Shown here: positions 1 to 9,244 of the stretch, piece by piece
Layout: each line of letters starts with the position of its first letter
Numbering within the stretch: position 1 is the stretch's first letter
Assembly (NCBI GenBank): GCA_026395995.1
Contig: JAPLXQ010000010.1
Coordinates: 2,587-66,586 of the forward strand
DNA: 64,000 nucleotides
Source of the DNA: Candidatus Nomurabacteria bacterium
GTDB lineage: Bacteria > Patescibacteriota > Minisyncoccia > Phycocordibacterales > UBA9973
Direction: 5' to 3'
Made by a program: the position numbers and the translations under genes
The notes under the pieces: generated by a model
Database searches by the model: none
What the model saw: the letters and a program-made list of their open reading frames with translations, nothing else
Told to the model about the DNA's origin: nothing

Positions 1-68
1 CGGATCAGGAGACAATTTTGGGGAGGTAAAGTAGTTTTATTTCACCTATTTTATGCTACAATAGCAAT

Positions 69-581
69 ATGAATTTAGCCAAAAGAATCAAAGAAAGAAT
101 TAAAGAAAAAGAGCATAAGCTTGATGTAAATTCTATTTATCAAACAAGTATTCACAATGTATTGGCTCATTCTTACTCATTTTATTTTATTGCATTTTTG
201 TTCGGTATTATTTTGGATTTTGTATATCCAGTTCAATCTTTTGATATTCATTCAATTCAACCACTAGGTCTTATTTTGTTAGCTATCTCTACTTTACTAA
301 TTCACTGGGCACAGAGAACTTCTCGAAACTTAAAGAAAGAGGAAATAAGTTATAAAAATTTTATGGTTGGACCGTATAAATTTTCTCGAATGCCTACACA
401 TTTGGGAATATTTATCCTACTTTTAGGTTTTGGTATTATTACAAATTCTTTTTGGGTAATATTGTTTTCTTTTTTCTCTTTTTTCATTACTAAAATGACC
501 TTTATTAAAACAGAAGAAAAAATTTTAGAAAAAAAATACGGTGAGCCTTATTTAAAATATAAAGATGTCGTTCACCTTTAG
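69..581 (+). CDS. Membrane methyltransferase of the isoprenylcysteine carboxyl methyltransferase (ICMT)/PEMT family
   Basis: Multi-TM ORF with C-terminal motif GPYKFSRMPTHLG...EE..L...YGEPYLKY resembling ICMT family signature; ORF track. Confidence 0.55.
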   Translation: MNLAKRIKERIKEKEHKLDVNSIYQTSIHNVLAHSYSFYFIAFLFGIILDFVYPVQSFDIHSIQPLGLILLAISTLLIHWAQRTSRNLKKEEISYKNFMVGPYKFSRMPTHLGIFILLLGFGIITNSFWVILFSFFSFFITKMTFIKTEEKILEKKYGEPYLKYKDVVHL

Positions 582-584
582 ATT

Positions 585-1232
585 ATGATTTACCTTTTTA
601 CGGGGGATGATACAAAAAAGAAGCGTCTCGCTTATGATAAGTTTGCTATTTCTATTCCTAAAGATGTAGAAAAATTTTTCATCATTAAGAATGATTTTGA
701 TTCCTTGCAACTGGAAAGCTTTTTGTCTTCCCAGGGTTTATTTTTTACCAAATGCGCTGTGTTTTTTGAAAATGCTTTCGAGAGAGAAGAAATGAAAGAT
801 TATATTCTCAGCAAGTTAGAGCAAATGAGTGAAGCAGGGAATGATTTTATATTTATGGCTTCAAAATTGAACAAGCCAGTTCTTGATGCTTTTAAAAAAG
901 CTCGCGCCGAAATCAATGCCTATGAATTGCCAAAGATGGCAAAAGAAAAATATGATAATTTTATTCTAGCTAATGATTTCGGCGTGAAAGATAAATTAAA
1001 CCTTTGGATTCATTATCGCCAAGCGGTAGATTTGGGTGTAAGTCTCGAAGAACTAGTAGGTATTTTGTTTTGGAAAGCGAAAGATGTGCTCGTGAAAAAG
1101 AGCTATGGTAAATTTAGTGAAACAGAATTAAAGAATTTTACTTCACAAATTTCATATATCTTACCCAAAGCCCGCGGAGAGGGAATAGATGCCGAAATAG
1201 CATTAGAAGAGTTTTTGCTAAAGTTTTTTTAA
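585..1232 (+). CDS. holA: DNA polymerase III delta subunit-like (short)
   Basis: N-terminal IYLFTGDD motif typical of HolA; only 215 aa so truncated/compact version. Confidence 0.35.
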   Translation: MIYLFTGDDTKKKRLAYDKFAISIPKDVEKFFIIKNDFDSLQLESFLSSQGLFFTKCAVFFENAFEREEMKDYILSKLEQMSEAGNDFIFMASKLNKPVLDAFKKARAEINAYELPKMAKEKYDNFILANDFGVKDKLNLWIHYRQAVDLGVSLEELVGILFWKAKDVLVKKSYGKFSETELKNFTSQISYILPKARGEGIDAEIALEEFLLKFF

Positions 1233-1236
1233 TCTG

Positions 1237-1309
1237 TGCGCTCGGAAGGAATCGAACCTTCGACCGTCTCCTTAAAAGGGAGCTGCTCTACCGACTGAGC
1301 TACGAGCGC
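1237..1309 (-). tRNA. tRNA-Lys (anticodon TTT)
   Basis: Reverse complement folds as cloverleaf: acceptor GCGCTCG/CGAGCGC, T-arm GGTTCGATTCC, anticodon loop CTTTTAA. Confidence 0.8.
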
Positions 1310-1380
1310 ATATAATTTACTGGAACCGCTACGCCCGAGCTACGAGCGCATTTCTGTACATATGTGATAATATATCAAAT

Positions 1381-1860
1381 ATGACTAAAAATCAAGAGAA
1401 TATTTTAATTTTGCATAATATACGTAGTACTGAGAATGTCGGGGCGATGTTTCGTACTTCTGATGCCGTAGGGATAAACAAGATTTATATTACTGGATAT
1501 ACTCCGGCACCACTCGATAGATTCGGCAAAAAGAGAAATGATATTGCAAAGTCTGCACTTGGAGCTGAGGAATTTATATCTTGGGAGCAGAAAAAATTAG
1601 TCTGCCCTGTAATAGCTAAATTAAAAAGAGACGGCTTTAAAATAATTGCTATTGAGCAAGATAAAAAATCCATTGATTATAAAAAAGTAAAAATAGGAAA
1701 TAAAAATGTTTTTCTAGTAGGGAATGAGGTTACAGGAATAGATAAAAAGACATTAGAGAAATGTGATGTTATAGCCGAGATACCAATGAAAGGTAAAAAG
1801 GAGTCACTGAATGTTTCAGTTTCTTTTGGTGTCGCTATTTTTAGAATGCTAGGAATATAA
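1381..1860 (+). CDS. SpoU/TrmH family RNA 2'-O-methyltransferase
   Basis: ILHNIRSTENVGAMFRTSDAVG...ITGYTPAP SpoU motif block. Confidence 0.7.
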   Translation: MTKNQENILILHNIRSTENVGAMFRTSDAVGINKIYITGYTPAPLDRFGKKRNDIAKSALGAEEFISWEQKKLVCPVIAKLKRDGFKIIAIEQDKKSIDYKKVKIGNKNVFLVGNEVTGIDKKTLEKCDVIAEIPMKGKKESLNVSVSFGVAIFRMLGI

Positions 1861-1889
1861 ATATACCCCACCCCAATGCTATGCATTTT

Positions 1890-1923
1890 CCCCTCCCCAT
1901 TTTTTGCAGAAAATGGGGAGGGG
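1890..1923. terminator. GC-rich perfect hairpin between convergent genes (bidirectional terminator / GC-rich palindromic element)
   Basis: CCCTCCCCATTTTTTGCAGAAAATGGGGAGGG perfect palindrome in AT-rich context, between + gene ending 1860 and - gene ending 2091. Confidence 0.5.
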
Positions 1924-2090
1924 TCAGGGGAGGGGCTAGTTTGTGGGTCCATAAGCTCCTCCAGTGGAGATTGGTGCAGGGGGATTGAGGAATGGCTTGT
2001 TACTATCTTTATTTGGTCCAATTAATAAATACCATACAAACCAAAGTACGATGAAGAATAATATAAGTTCTTTTAGATGATCCATTTTTT

Positions 2091-2993
2091 TTATAAATTA
2101 ATTTGATGATAATTACAGAAGTGCGCACTTCTGCCGTTTACTATTTTTCTTATTATAGCACCACTGCACCCTTTTTTTCTACATTTTTCGCCAGTACGGC
2201 GATAAGCTTCGTGATGAAGCTGGAATGATCCTTTTTGACCATAAATATTCAGGTAGTCCGACATTGAGTCACCACCAAAATTAATTCCTTTTTTTAGTAA
2301 TTCTTGTGTAGCAGAAAAAATTTCTTGAAATTTTTTCTGCGGAATGTTTTTAATGAGTGTTTCAGGATGTAGACCGACTCGCCAAAGGATTTCATCAGAA
2401 TAAATATTGCCAATACCGGCGAGTATGCTCGGATTCATTAAAACTGTTTTAATCTTTCCATTTGGTTTTAAGATTAGACGTTCTTTTAATTTTTGCCAAG
2501 TAAAAGTTTTGTCGAGTGGTTCTGGTCCAATATTTTCTAGATGTTTTGTATTGTTTCGTGTCTCAGTATCGAGTAATGTTATTTTTCCGAATTTTCTGAC
2601 ATCTGAAAAGGCAAGATAGTAACCATTTGATAAAGTAAAAATTACATGAATAAAACGTCCAGTTTTTTGTTTTTGGTAAAATAAGCAGCCGGTCATTTTC
2701 ATGTGAATGAGTATAGTACTTTTTCTCCCCCTGTCTGAGGGGGAGTGGCCAGAGGCCGAGGGGGTGGGAGCAGATAAATTAATCAAAATATTTTTTGCAC
2801 GTCGTTCTACTGACAAGATTTTTTTACCAATAACTTCTTTTTTGAAATAGATAAAATACTTTGGATTTTTTACCGCATCTTTTTGACGCTGATCTTTGCT
2901 ATTTAAATCAGTCCAAACGTCCTTTATTTTGAGCCCTACAATTTCTTTTTGTAGTCCTCTAGTTGTCGTCTCTACTTCTGGTAGCTCAGGCAT
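2091..2993 (-). CDS. mutM: Formamidopyrimidine-DNA glycosylase (Fpg/MutM) with an in-frame GC-rich insertion
   Basis: N-terminal MPELPEVE catalytic Pro/Glu, C-terminal zinc finger CxxC...CxxC; insertion encoding SAPTPSASGHSPSDRGRKS at 2724-2772. Confidence 0.85.
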   Translation of the reverse strand: MPELPEVETTTRGLQKEIVGLKIKDVWTDLNSKDQRQKDAVKNPKYFIYFKKEVIGKKILSVERRAKNILINLSAPTPSASGHSPSDRGRKSTILIHMKMTGCLFYQKQKTGRFIHVIFTLSNGYYLAFSDVRKFGKITLLDTETRNNTKHLENIGPEPLDKTFTWQKLKERLILKPNGKIKTVLMNPSILAGIGNIYSDEILWRVGLHPETLIKNIPQKKFQEIFSATQELLKKGINFGGDSMSDYLNIYGQKGSFQLHHEAYRRTGEKCRKKGCSGAIIRKIVNGRSAHFCNYHQINL

Positions 2994-3018
2994 GCTATGA
3001 TTATACTACATTTAATTT

Positions 3019-3894
3019 ATGACTAAATTTATTAGTACATTTTTAATAGCTTTTATTTGTGCCACACTCGGTGTGGCACCACTTTCTGCTATCGCTAAGA
3101 CTGGTGCAAGTAAGACTCAAGCTGAAGCTATAAAACCTGTACGTATTTTGATAGTTCCAGGGCATGACGATGAAGTCTGGGGTGCTCAATATAAAAATAT
3201 GAAAGAAGCTAGTATGACTTTGGCCTTAGGAACACAGATTTATAATTTATTAAAAAAAGACAAAAGATTTGAAGTTTATATCACACGTAATGGTAATGGA
3301 TACACAAAAGATTTTGCCGATTATTTCACGAATCATATGGATGAAATAAAATCTTTTAAACAGATAGCAAAGACACAAATGGCTGGCCAGCTGGCAGCAG
3401 GATTATTTGTTCAGAAAAAAAATACACCACATGCTTCCGTCAAAGAAATTGTAGCAGATAGACTTTATGGTTTGAATAAGTGGGCGAATGAAAATAATAT
3501 CGATGCGATGATTCATATTCACTTTGATGATTATCCACGTCCTCATGCTTGGACAATAGGTGATTATAAAGGTTTTGCTATTTATATGCCTGAGTCACAA
3601 TTCCCTAATGCAGCAAATAGTGCACTTCTTGCTGGTAATATTTTTGCGCAATTAGAAAAAAAATATATTACTAGTACTTATCCAGAAGAGAAAGGGGGAT
3701 TGATACCAGATCAAAAACTTATTGCCCTAGGAGCCAACGACACACTTTTACCCAGCACTCGTAGTGTCTTGGTAGAATACGGATATATTTATCAAAAAAT
3801 ATTCCGAAATAGCACCACTCGCCATCAGGCTTATAAAACCATGGCTGATCTAACTGTAAAAGGAATTATTAATTATTTCTTCCCGAAGAAGTAA
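3019..3894 (+). CDS. Secreted N-acetylmuramoyl-L-alanine amidase-like (Amidase_3 family) protein
   Basis: Signal peptide; PGHDDE...IHIHFDD...GFAIYMPE blocks resemble Amidase_3 (CwlD-like). Confidence 0.45.
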   Translation: MTKFISTFLIAFICATLGVAPLSAIAKTGASKTQAEAIKPVRILIVPGHDDEVWGAQYKNMKEASMTLALGTQIYNLLKKDKRFEVYITRNGNGYTKDFADYFTNHMDEIKSFKQIAKTQMAGQLAAGLFVQKKNTPHASVKEIVADRLYGLNKWANENNIDAMIHIHFDDYPRPHAWTIGDYKGFAIYMPESQFPNAANSALLAGNIFAQLEKKYITSTYPEEKGGLIPDQKLIALGANDTLLPSTRSVLVEYGYIYQKIFRNSTTRHQAYKTMADLTVKGIINYFFPKK

Positions 3895-3932
3895 GTTTGA
3901 CGTCTTATCTATATAAGTATATTATTGGTGTA

Positions 3933-4112
3933 TGGATGATGACAAAGCAAAAATTAAAGAAGAAATGGAACATATTCAAGGTATTTATGAGCTTTCTTTA
4001 GAAGATTCAAAAAAATATGAAGAAAGAAATAAAAATTTAATAAAAGATTTTAAAAAAGATGATAATAACGAAAAGATAGCAAATATAAGATCAAAATTAT
4101 TAATTTAAATTA
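3933..4112 (+). CDS. Small K/E-rich hypothetical protein (59 aa, below ORF-track cutoff)
   Basis: ATG at 3933 to TAA at 4110; composition similar to downstream 4120-4827 ORF. Confidence 0.2.
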
Positions 4113-4119
4113 AATATAT

Positions 4120-4827
4120 ATGAACGAAAATAAAACAATGGAAGACTCAAAAGAAGAAGCTCTAAAAATTAGAGAAAATACAAAACATACTCAAGAAAAT
4201 TTCCGTGCAATGTCTGCAGAAGATAGAAGTAAAACCGAGAATTTTTATTTCGGTTCTGAAATATATAATTTAAGTGTTGGCGATTTTGAAAAAGTAAAAC
4301 AAGATTCTGTAAATCTGATCCTCGCCAGTGAATCACAGAGTAGAGAAATTCAAGTGAAAAGCTTTAATTCTTTAAAAGAAAAAGGGTATCCTGAAGAAAA
4401 ATTAGGTGATTTAGGGAAAAAACTGGATTCTTCCTATGAAGAATATACAAAGACTATTGCGGGAAGAATCGATGATATTAAAAATATTCAGCTAAAAAGA
4501 GAAGAAAAAATAACTGCCAATTCGGTGGAAAATTCAGAGCATCCTGAAGTTAAAATACACCAAGAAGAAAGAGCTGAATTTAAAGAAAAACTAGCCGATA
4601 TGTTTAATAAAATGGATAATTCTGAAAATACAGATTTATTCTATCAAAGATTAGATGGTGTTTTAGATCAAGCTTCAAAGAATAAAGATTCTGATACATT
4701 GATTTATTTAAGACATCTTTCTAGTGAAAGAATGAATTCTTTAAAAGAAAGCAACAATGAAGAAGAAATAAATAAACTTTATTCATTTAATAAAAAACTT
4801 CAATCTTTTGAGGAACAAATAAAATAA
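4120..4827 (+). CDS. Hypothetical charged/coiled-coil protein
   Basis: ORF track; no recognisable motif. Confidence 0.4.
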   Translation: MNENKTMEDSKEEALKIRENTKHTQENFRAMSAEDRSKTENFYFGSEIYNLSVGDFEKVKQDSVNLILASESQSREIQVKSFNSLKEKGYPEEKLGDLGKKLDSSYEEYTKTIAGRIDDIKNIQLKREEKITANSVENSEHPEVKIHQEERAEFKEKLADMFNKMDNSENTDLFYQRLDGVLDQASKNKDSDTLIYLRHLSSERMNSLKESNNEEEINKLYSFNKKLQSFEEQIK

Positions 4828-4897
4828 AAATTATTTCCCTCCTAAATTCTTAAACGCTTCTTTTATTTTTGCATTAGTGTCGACAGCAGTGACATTT

Positions 4898-5656
4898 GAA
4901 TTACAAGGTCGAACCTTGTAAAAACTTTATTATATTGTTATCATGCATATATGACTAGAAGTATAGAATTTTCTATTGGTGAATTTTATCATCTCTATAA
5001 TAGAGGTACTGAAAAGAGAATCATTTTTAATAATAAAAATGATTATGAAAGATTCACTCTTCTTCTATATTTATGTAATAGCCTGAACAAAGTAGATTTA
5101 GGTGACTACCTAAGACAAGGTCGAACCTTGTTAGAACTTTTTGATTTAGAAAGAAATAACACCTTGGTTGATATCGGTGCATATTGTTTAATGCCAAATC
5201 ATTTCCATATTTTAGTTAAGGAAAAATTAGAGGGAGGAATTAGTTTATTTATGCAAAAACTAACAACAGCATATACTATGTATTTTAATAAAAAATATAA
5301 TCGTACAGGTACCTTATTTCAAGGGAAATTTAAAGGCAAACATGTAATAGGTTACAATTATTTAAAATATTTATTTGCATATATTGGATTAAACCCTATT
5401 AAATTAATAGATAAAAATTGGAAAGAAAATGGAATAAAAAATTTATTGGAAGCAAAAAACTTTTTAAGTAAATATGAATTTTCTAGTTTTGTAGATTTTT
5501 GTGATATATCAAGAAAACAAAAAGTTATTTTAGTGCTGGATAATTTTCCAAAATACTTTCTTTCTAAAAAAGAATTTAATGATTTTATAAATGACTGGTT
5601 GGATTATAGAGAACTAGAATTTTAGTATTTTTTATTTTCCACCAAGAATTTTTAAT
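4898..5656 (+). mobile_element. Insertion carrying a RAYT/IS200-like HUH transposase, bounded by a 42-bp exact (ca. 65-bp degenerate) direct repeat that duplicates the ruvA 3' end
   Basis: Repeat gcttcttttatttttgcattagtgtcgacagcagtgacattt at 4856-4897 and 5657-5698; subterminal hairpin acaaggtcgaaccttgt at 4905-4921. Confidence 0.6.
4951..5625 (+). CDS. HUH (Y1) tyrosine transposase, IS200/IS605 TnpA / REP-associated tyrosine transposase (RAYT)-like
   Basis: YHLYNRG...LMPNHFHILV (HuH) ...YIGLNPIK (cf. RayT DYIYINPVKHG); paralog of 21346-22011. Confidence 0.7.
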   Translation: MTRSIEFSIGEFYHLYNRGTEKRIIFNNKNDYERFTLLLYLCNSLNKVDLGDYLRQGRTLLELFDLERNNTLVDIGAYCLMPNHFHILVKEKLEGGISLFMQKLTTAYTMYFNKKYNRTGTLFQGKFKGKHVIGYNYLKYLFAYIGLNPIKLIDKNWKENGIKNLLEAKNFLSKYEFSSFVDFCDISRKQKVILVLDNFPKYFLSKKEFNDFINDWLDYRELEF

Positions 5657-6204
5657 GCTTCTTTTATTTTTGCATTAGTGTCGACAGCAGTGACATTTTT
5701 CAATGCATCACGAGCTTCATTTTGAGAGTAGCCGAGAGATTTGAGGGCTTCGAGTGCATCCATTTCTTCTTTGAGTGCTCCACCTGTCTTTTCATCTTTA
5801 AATTTGTCTCGAAGTTCGATGACAATTTTTTCGGCGGTTTTTCTACCAATACCAGAAATTTTTGTGAGATAAGAAATATCATTTGTACCGATGGCTTGGC
5901 GGAGAGTCTCAATAGAAGCGACACTCAAAATACCCAAAGCTCCTTTTGGTCCAATACCTGAGACACTGATCAGCATTTCAAAAAATTCCAATTCTTCTCT
6001 GTCGAGGAAACCATAAAGATCGAGGGCGTCTTCGCGGACGATGGTGTGAATCCAAAGAAAGATTTCATCAGACCTCACCCCCTGCCCCCTCTCCTGAAAG
6101 GAGAGGGGTTTATGGATATGTATCTTATAACCGACCCCGTTTGCTTCCACAATAATGAATTTGTCTGTTTTGAGTATTGTTTTGCCTTTTATGCTTCCAA
6201 TCAT
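5632..6204 (-). CDS. ruvA: Holliday junction DNA helicase RuvA, with in-frame GC-rich insertion
   Basis: MIGSIKGK...ANGVGYKI N-terminus, HhH motifs GIGPKGALGIL / GIGRKTAEKI; insertion at 6071-6111 (QERGQGVRS). Confidence 0.85.
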   Translation of the reverse strand: MIGSIKGKTILKTDKFIIVEANGVGYKIHIHKPLSFQERGQGVRSDEIFLWIHTIVREDALDLYGFLDREELEFFEMLISVSGIGPKGALGILSVASIETLRQAIGTNDISYLTKISGIGRKTAEKIVIELRDKFKDEKTGGALKEEMDALEALKSLGYSQNEARDALKNVTAVDTNAKIKEALKILGGK

Positions 6205-6311
6205 GATTTTAGTATAACATATTTATTTTCTCCCACTTTATAAGGGGGGGGTGGCTGAAAGCCGAGGGGGTCATTTGCATTTTTTCTATATTTCTGTTAT
6301 GTTATACGTAT

Positions 6312-6563
6312 ATGCCAATAACAAAATCAGCTGAAAAAGCAATGCGTGGATCCCTTCGAAAGAAGGCTATTAATGACCGCCGAAAACGTGCCGTTAAAGA
6401 AGAAATTAAAAAGATATTAAAAGTTGTAAAGACTGATAAAACATCTATAGTAAAAATGCTTCCAACTGCTTTTCAAGCAATTGATAAAGCTGCTAAGAGT
6501 GGAGTTATCAAGAAAAATACTGCAGCTCGCAGAAAATCTCGTTTAGCAAGATTAACAAAATAA
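6312..6563 (+). CDS. rpsT: 30S ribosomal protein S20
   Basis: MPITKSAEKAMRGSLRKKAINDRRKRAVK typical S20. Confidence 0.85.
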   Translation: MPITKSAEKAMRGSLRKKAINDRRKRAVKEEIKKILKVVKTDKTSIVKMLPTAFQAIDKAAKSGVIKKNTAARRKSRLARLTK

Positions 6564-6565
6564 AT

Positions 6566-6596
6566 AAAAAAAGAAGTCGAAAGACTTCTTTTTTTA
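6566..6596 (+). terminator. Rho-independent terminator after rpsT
   Basis: gaagtcgaaagacttc hairpin followed by T-run. Confidence 0.6.
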
Positions 6597-6611
6597 TTGT
6601 ATAATGGACGT

Positions 6612-6893
6612 ATGAATCATTTATTAGAATTTTATGGAACTGAATGCCCACATTGCGTGAGTATGCACGAGCTTGTGGAAAAATTAGAAAAAGAAGAGGG
6701 TATAAAAGTGGAATCAATCGAGTGTTGGCACAACGAAGAAAATGCTAAAAGATTGGAAGAACTCGATAAAGATATGTGTGGAGGTGTACCATTTTTTTAC
6801 AATACTCAAACTAAGAAATTTATTTGTGGAGATGCCAATTATGGAATATTGAAAGCTTGGGCCAAAGGAGAACCTTTTACTCAAGACGAATAA
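6612..6893 (+). CDS. Thioredoxin-fold protein (glutaredoxin/thioredoxin-like, CPHC active site)
   Basis: FYGTECPHC motif near N-terminus; small size. Confidence 0.5.
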   Translation: MNHLLEFYGTECPHCVSMHELVEKLEKEEGIKVESIECWHNEENAKRLEELDKDMCGGVPFFYNTQTKKFICGDANYGILKAWAKGEPFTQDE

Positions 6894-6936
6894 TTTTTCC
6901 TTTCAATTTATCTAAAAATAAGCTAGTATAGGCCTT

Positions 6937-8412
6937 ATGTCAGCAGAAACAATCGTTCGATTCGATCAAGTGTTTTTTGAACACAGTATAAACAAACCAA
7001 TCCTCGAAGAGGTCTCTTTTTCTATTCGTCGTGGTTCAAAATTTACTTTGATGGGCCAGAATGGTGCCGGTAAAAGTACAATCTTTTCTTTAATCACTGG
7101 CGAGAAAAAACCAGAAGAGGGAATCATTAATGTTATGAATGGTGTGACGATAGCCTTGTCTAGGCAGGTTATTCCACGAGCTGATTTGGAACTCACAGTG
7201 AGAGAATTTTTTGAAAAATGTTTCGCTAAAAAGGTTTATGATATCGATGTAAAAATTGATGATATTTTGGAAGTGGTAAATTTGAAAGGTCATGAGAAAG
7301 TTCACGATCGAATAATCAAAACTTTTTCTGGTGGGCAACAAGCACGTTTACTCTTGGCCAGTGCACTTATTCAAAGTCCAGATTTACTTTTGCTTGATGA
7401 GCCGACAAACAATCTCGATAAGGCTGGTATTGCACACCTGACAGAATTTCTACGAAACTACAAAAAAACAGTCATCGTCATTTCCCACGATGCGGAATTC
7501 CTGAATGCTTTTACTGAAGGAGTTTTTTATTTAGATATTCATACGCGAAAAGTGGAGCAATATGTCGGTAACTATTTCAACGTGGTGAAAGATATCAAAG
7601 CTCGTATTGAAAGAGAAAATATGAAAAATGCTCAACTTGAAAAAACTATTCAAGCCAAGAAAGACCAAGCCAATGTCTTCGCTCACAAAGGGGGACGTCT
7701 ACGTCTCGTAGCTCGTCGTATGCGTGAACTCGCTGAAGATTTGGAAGAAGACATTGTGGATGTCCGCAAAGAAGATAAGGCTATTCGTCCATTTATTATC
7801 CCTGCCCAGCAAGATATGATCGGAGAGATAATAAACATTTCTGCTTACACTACGCTCAATCCAAAAACTCATAAAATAGTAAAACATAAAGCTCATATTT
7901 CTTTAAATAAAAATCAGCACTTGCTTTTGAAAGGTCCAAATGGAATTGGAAAAAGTACATTACTGGAAAGCTTGGCTAGTGGCCATGCCGAAGGTACAAA
8001 TATTAAAGAGGGAATCCGTATCGGATATTATCGCCAAGATTTTTCTACTTTGAATTTTGATCACACTGTCTATGAATCTTTGGCTTCAGCGATGGCTATC
8101 GGTGGAGAACGCCTTGATGAAGAGCGTATGCGCTCGATAGCTGCGAGTTTTCAAATTACTGGAGAATTTATCCGTACAAAAATCGGCAGTCTGTCTGAGG
8201 GGCAAAAAGGTCTCGTCGCCTTTGCTCGTCTCGTAATGGAAAAACCAGGGCTCCTCATTCTCGACGAGCCGACAAACCATATCAACTTCCGTCATTTGCC
8301 TGTAATTGCAAAAGCTCTCGATGAATACAAAGGCGCGATGATCCTCGTATCTCACGTTCAAGAATTCGTAGACCAAATTAGGATAGATGAAATTTTAGAT
8401 TTGGAGAAATAG
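6937..8412 (+). CDS. ABC-F family ATPase (tandem ABC domains, no TMD)
   Basis: Two Walker A (GQNGAGKST, GPNGIGKST), two signature motifs (SGGQQARLLLA, SEGQKGLVAFA), Walker B LLLDEPTN/LILDEPTN. Confidence 0.8.
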   Translation: MSAETIVRFDQVFFEHSINKPILEEVSFSIRRGSKFTLMGQNGAGKSTIFSLITGEKKPEEGIINVMNGVTIALSRQVIPRADLELTVREFFEKCFAKKVYDIDVKIDDILEVVNLKGHEKVHDRIIKTFSGGQQARLLLASALIQSPDLLLLDEPTNNLDKAGIAHLTEFLRNYKKTVIVISHDAEFLNAFTEGVFYLDIHTRKVEQYVGNYFNVVKDIKARIERENMKNAQLEKTIQAKKDQANVFAHKGGRLRLVARRMRELAEDLEEDIVDVRKEDKAIRPFIIPAQQDMIGEIINISAYTTLNPKTHKIVKHKAHISLNKNQHLLLKGPNGIGKSTLLESLASGHAEGTNIKEGIRIGYYRQDFSTLNFDHTVYESLASAMAIGGERLDEERMRSIAASFQITGEFIRTKIGSLSEGQKGLVAFARLVMEKPGLLILDEPTNHINFRHLPVIAKALDEYKGAMILVSHVQEFVDQIRIDEILDLEK

Positions 8413-8413
8413 A

Positions 8414-8500
8414 TACAACCCCCTAAATCCCCCTTATCAAGGGGACTTTGAATGCTAAGCATTTTACCTTCCCTGATAAGGGGAGGTTAGGAGAGGTTGT
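8414..8500. repeat. Nested GC-rich imperfect palindrome (MITE/REP-like element)
   Basis: Arms acaaccccctaaatcccccttatcaagggg / ccttccctgataaggggaggttaggagaggttgt around inner palindrome gaatgctaagcatt. Confidence 0.55.
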
Positions 8501-8684
8501 ATTTAAACCTTATTTTACAAGAAATTATATCTATTGACTTTTAATATTAATTATGATATACTTTCATTATAGGTTATTCTACTTCCTTAATTAGTAGATA
8601 TGGTGAGAATAGACAAACTCACTTAATGGCACTAAGCAATCAAATAATCTCGGCGTCGCACGTTGCGGTAAAATACATTGAAAA

Positions 8685-9125
8685 ATGAATAGTACATTAA
8701 ACAATCTAGCACTACTTTCTTTTAATAGAAAAGCTAGGAAAATCAGTAAAGACATTGGGGTAATAAATTGCATGGACGTGTTTTTTATACCATATTGTGT
8801 AATTCGTGCAGGTGAAACTTTATTTATTTGGAGTGAGGAGAATGGTTTTCATTCAGTCCTTACTGAAAATGATAAAGAACTTGCATATCTGGTAGATTTT
8901 CCAGAAAAATACGGTTACGATGAAGTTTACCATTTTGGGATTTTGAATGCTGACAAGACAACTCTTTCTATTTTTCGTTGTTATGACCAGCTTACTCACA
9001 AGAAAGAAGTGTTGCCTTATGGTTTACAATTCCACACTGATGAGTATAGAAAAGAGCGAGATTTCGAACTTCAACAAGAAAGCGAACTTCCATTTATGCA
9101 ACAAGGTCAAGGTTCCAGATTGTAA
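8685..9125 (+). CDS. Hypothetical protein
   Basis: ORF track; followed by hairpin terminator 9131-9175. Confidence 0.3.
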   Translation: MNSTLNNLALLSFNRKARKISKDIGVINCMDVFFIPYCVIRAGETLFIWSEENGFHSVLTENDKELAYLVDFPEKYGYDEVYHFGILNADKTTLSIFRCYDQLTHKKEVLPYGLQFHTDEYRKERDFELQQESELPFMQQGQGSRL

Positions 9126-9244
9126 TCATCAAACCCACCAGTAGAAAATCTACTTCGGTGGGTTTTCTGTTTTTGCATAAGAATTATATCTAGAAAAGTA
9201 AATTTATTTTGAAAAAAAGTATTTTTAAACTATAATAACTTTCT

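Noticed and set aside
1485-2021. Minus-strand ORFs (62 aa and 114 aa) antisense to or downstream of the spoU-like gene
   Set aside because: They are antisense to a well-supported CDS or lie across the GC-rich hairpin region, and show no coding signal.
6046-6243. 65-aa plus-strand ORF (HPLPPLLKGEGF…)
   Set aside because: It is an antisense translation of the GC-rich palindromic insertion inside ruvA.
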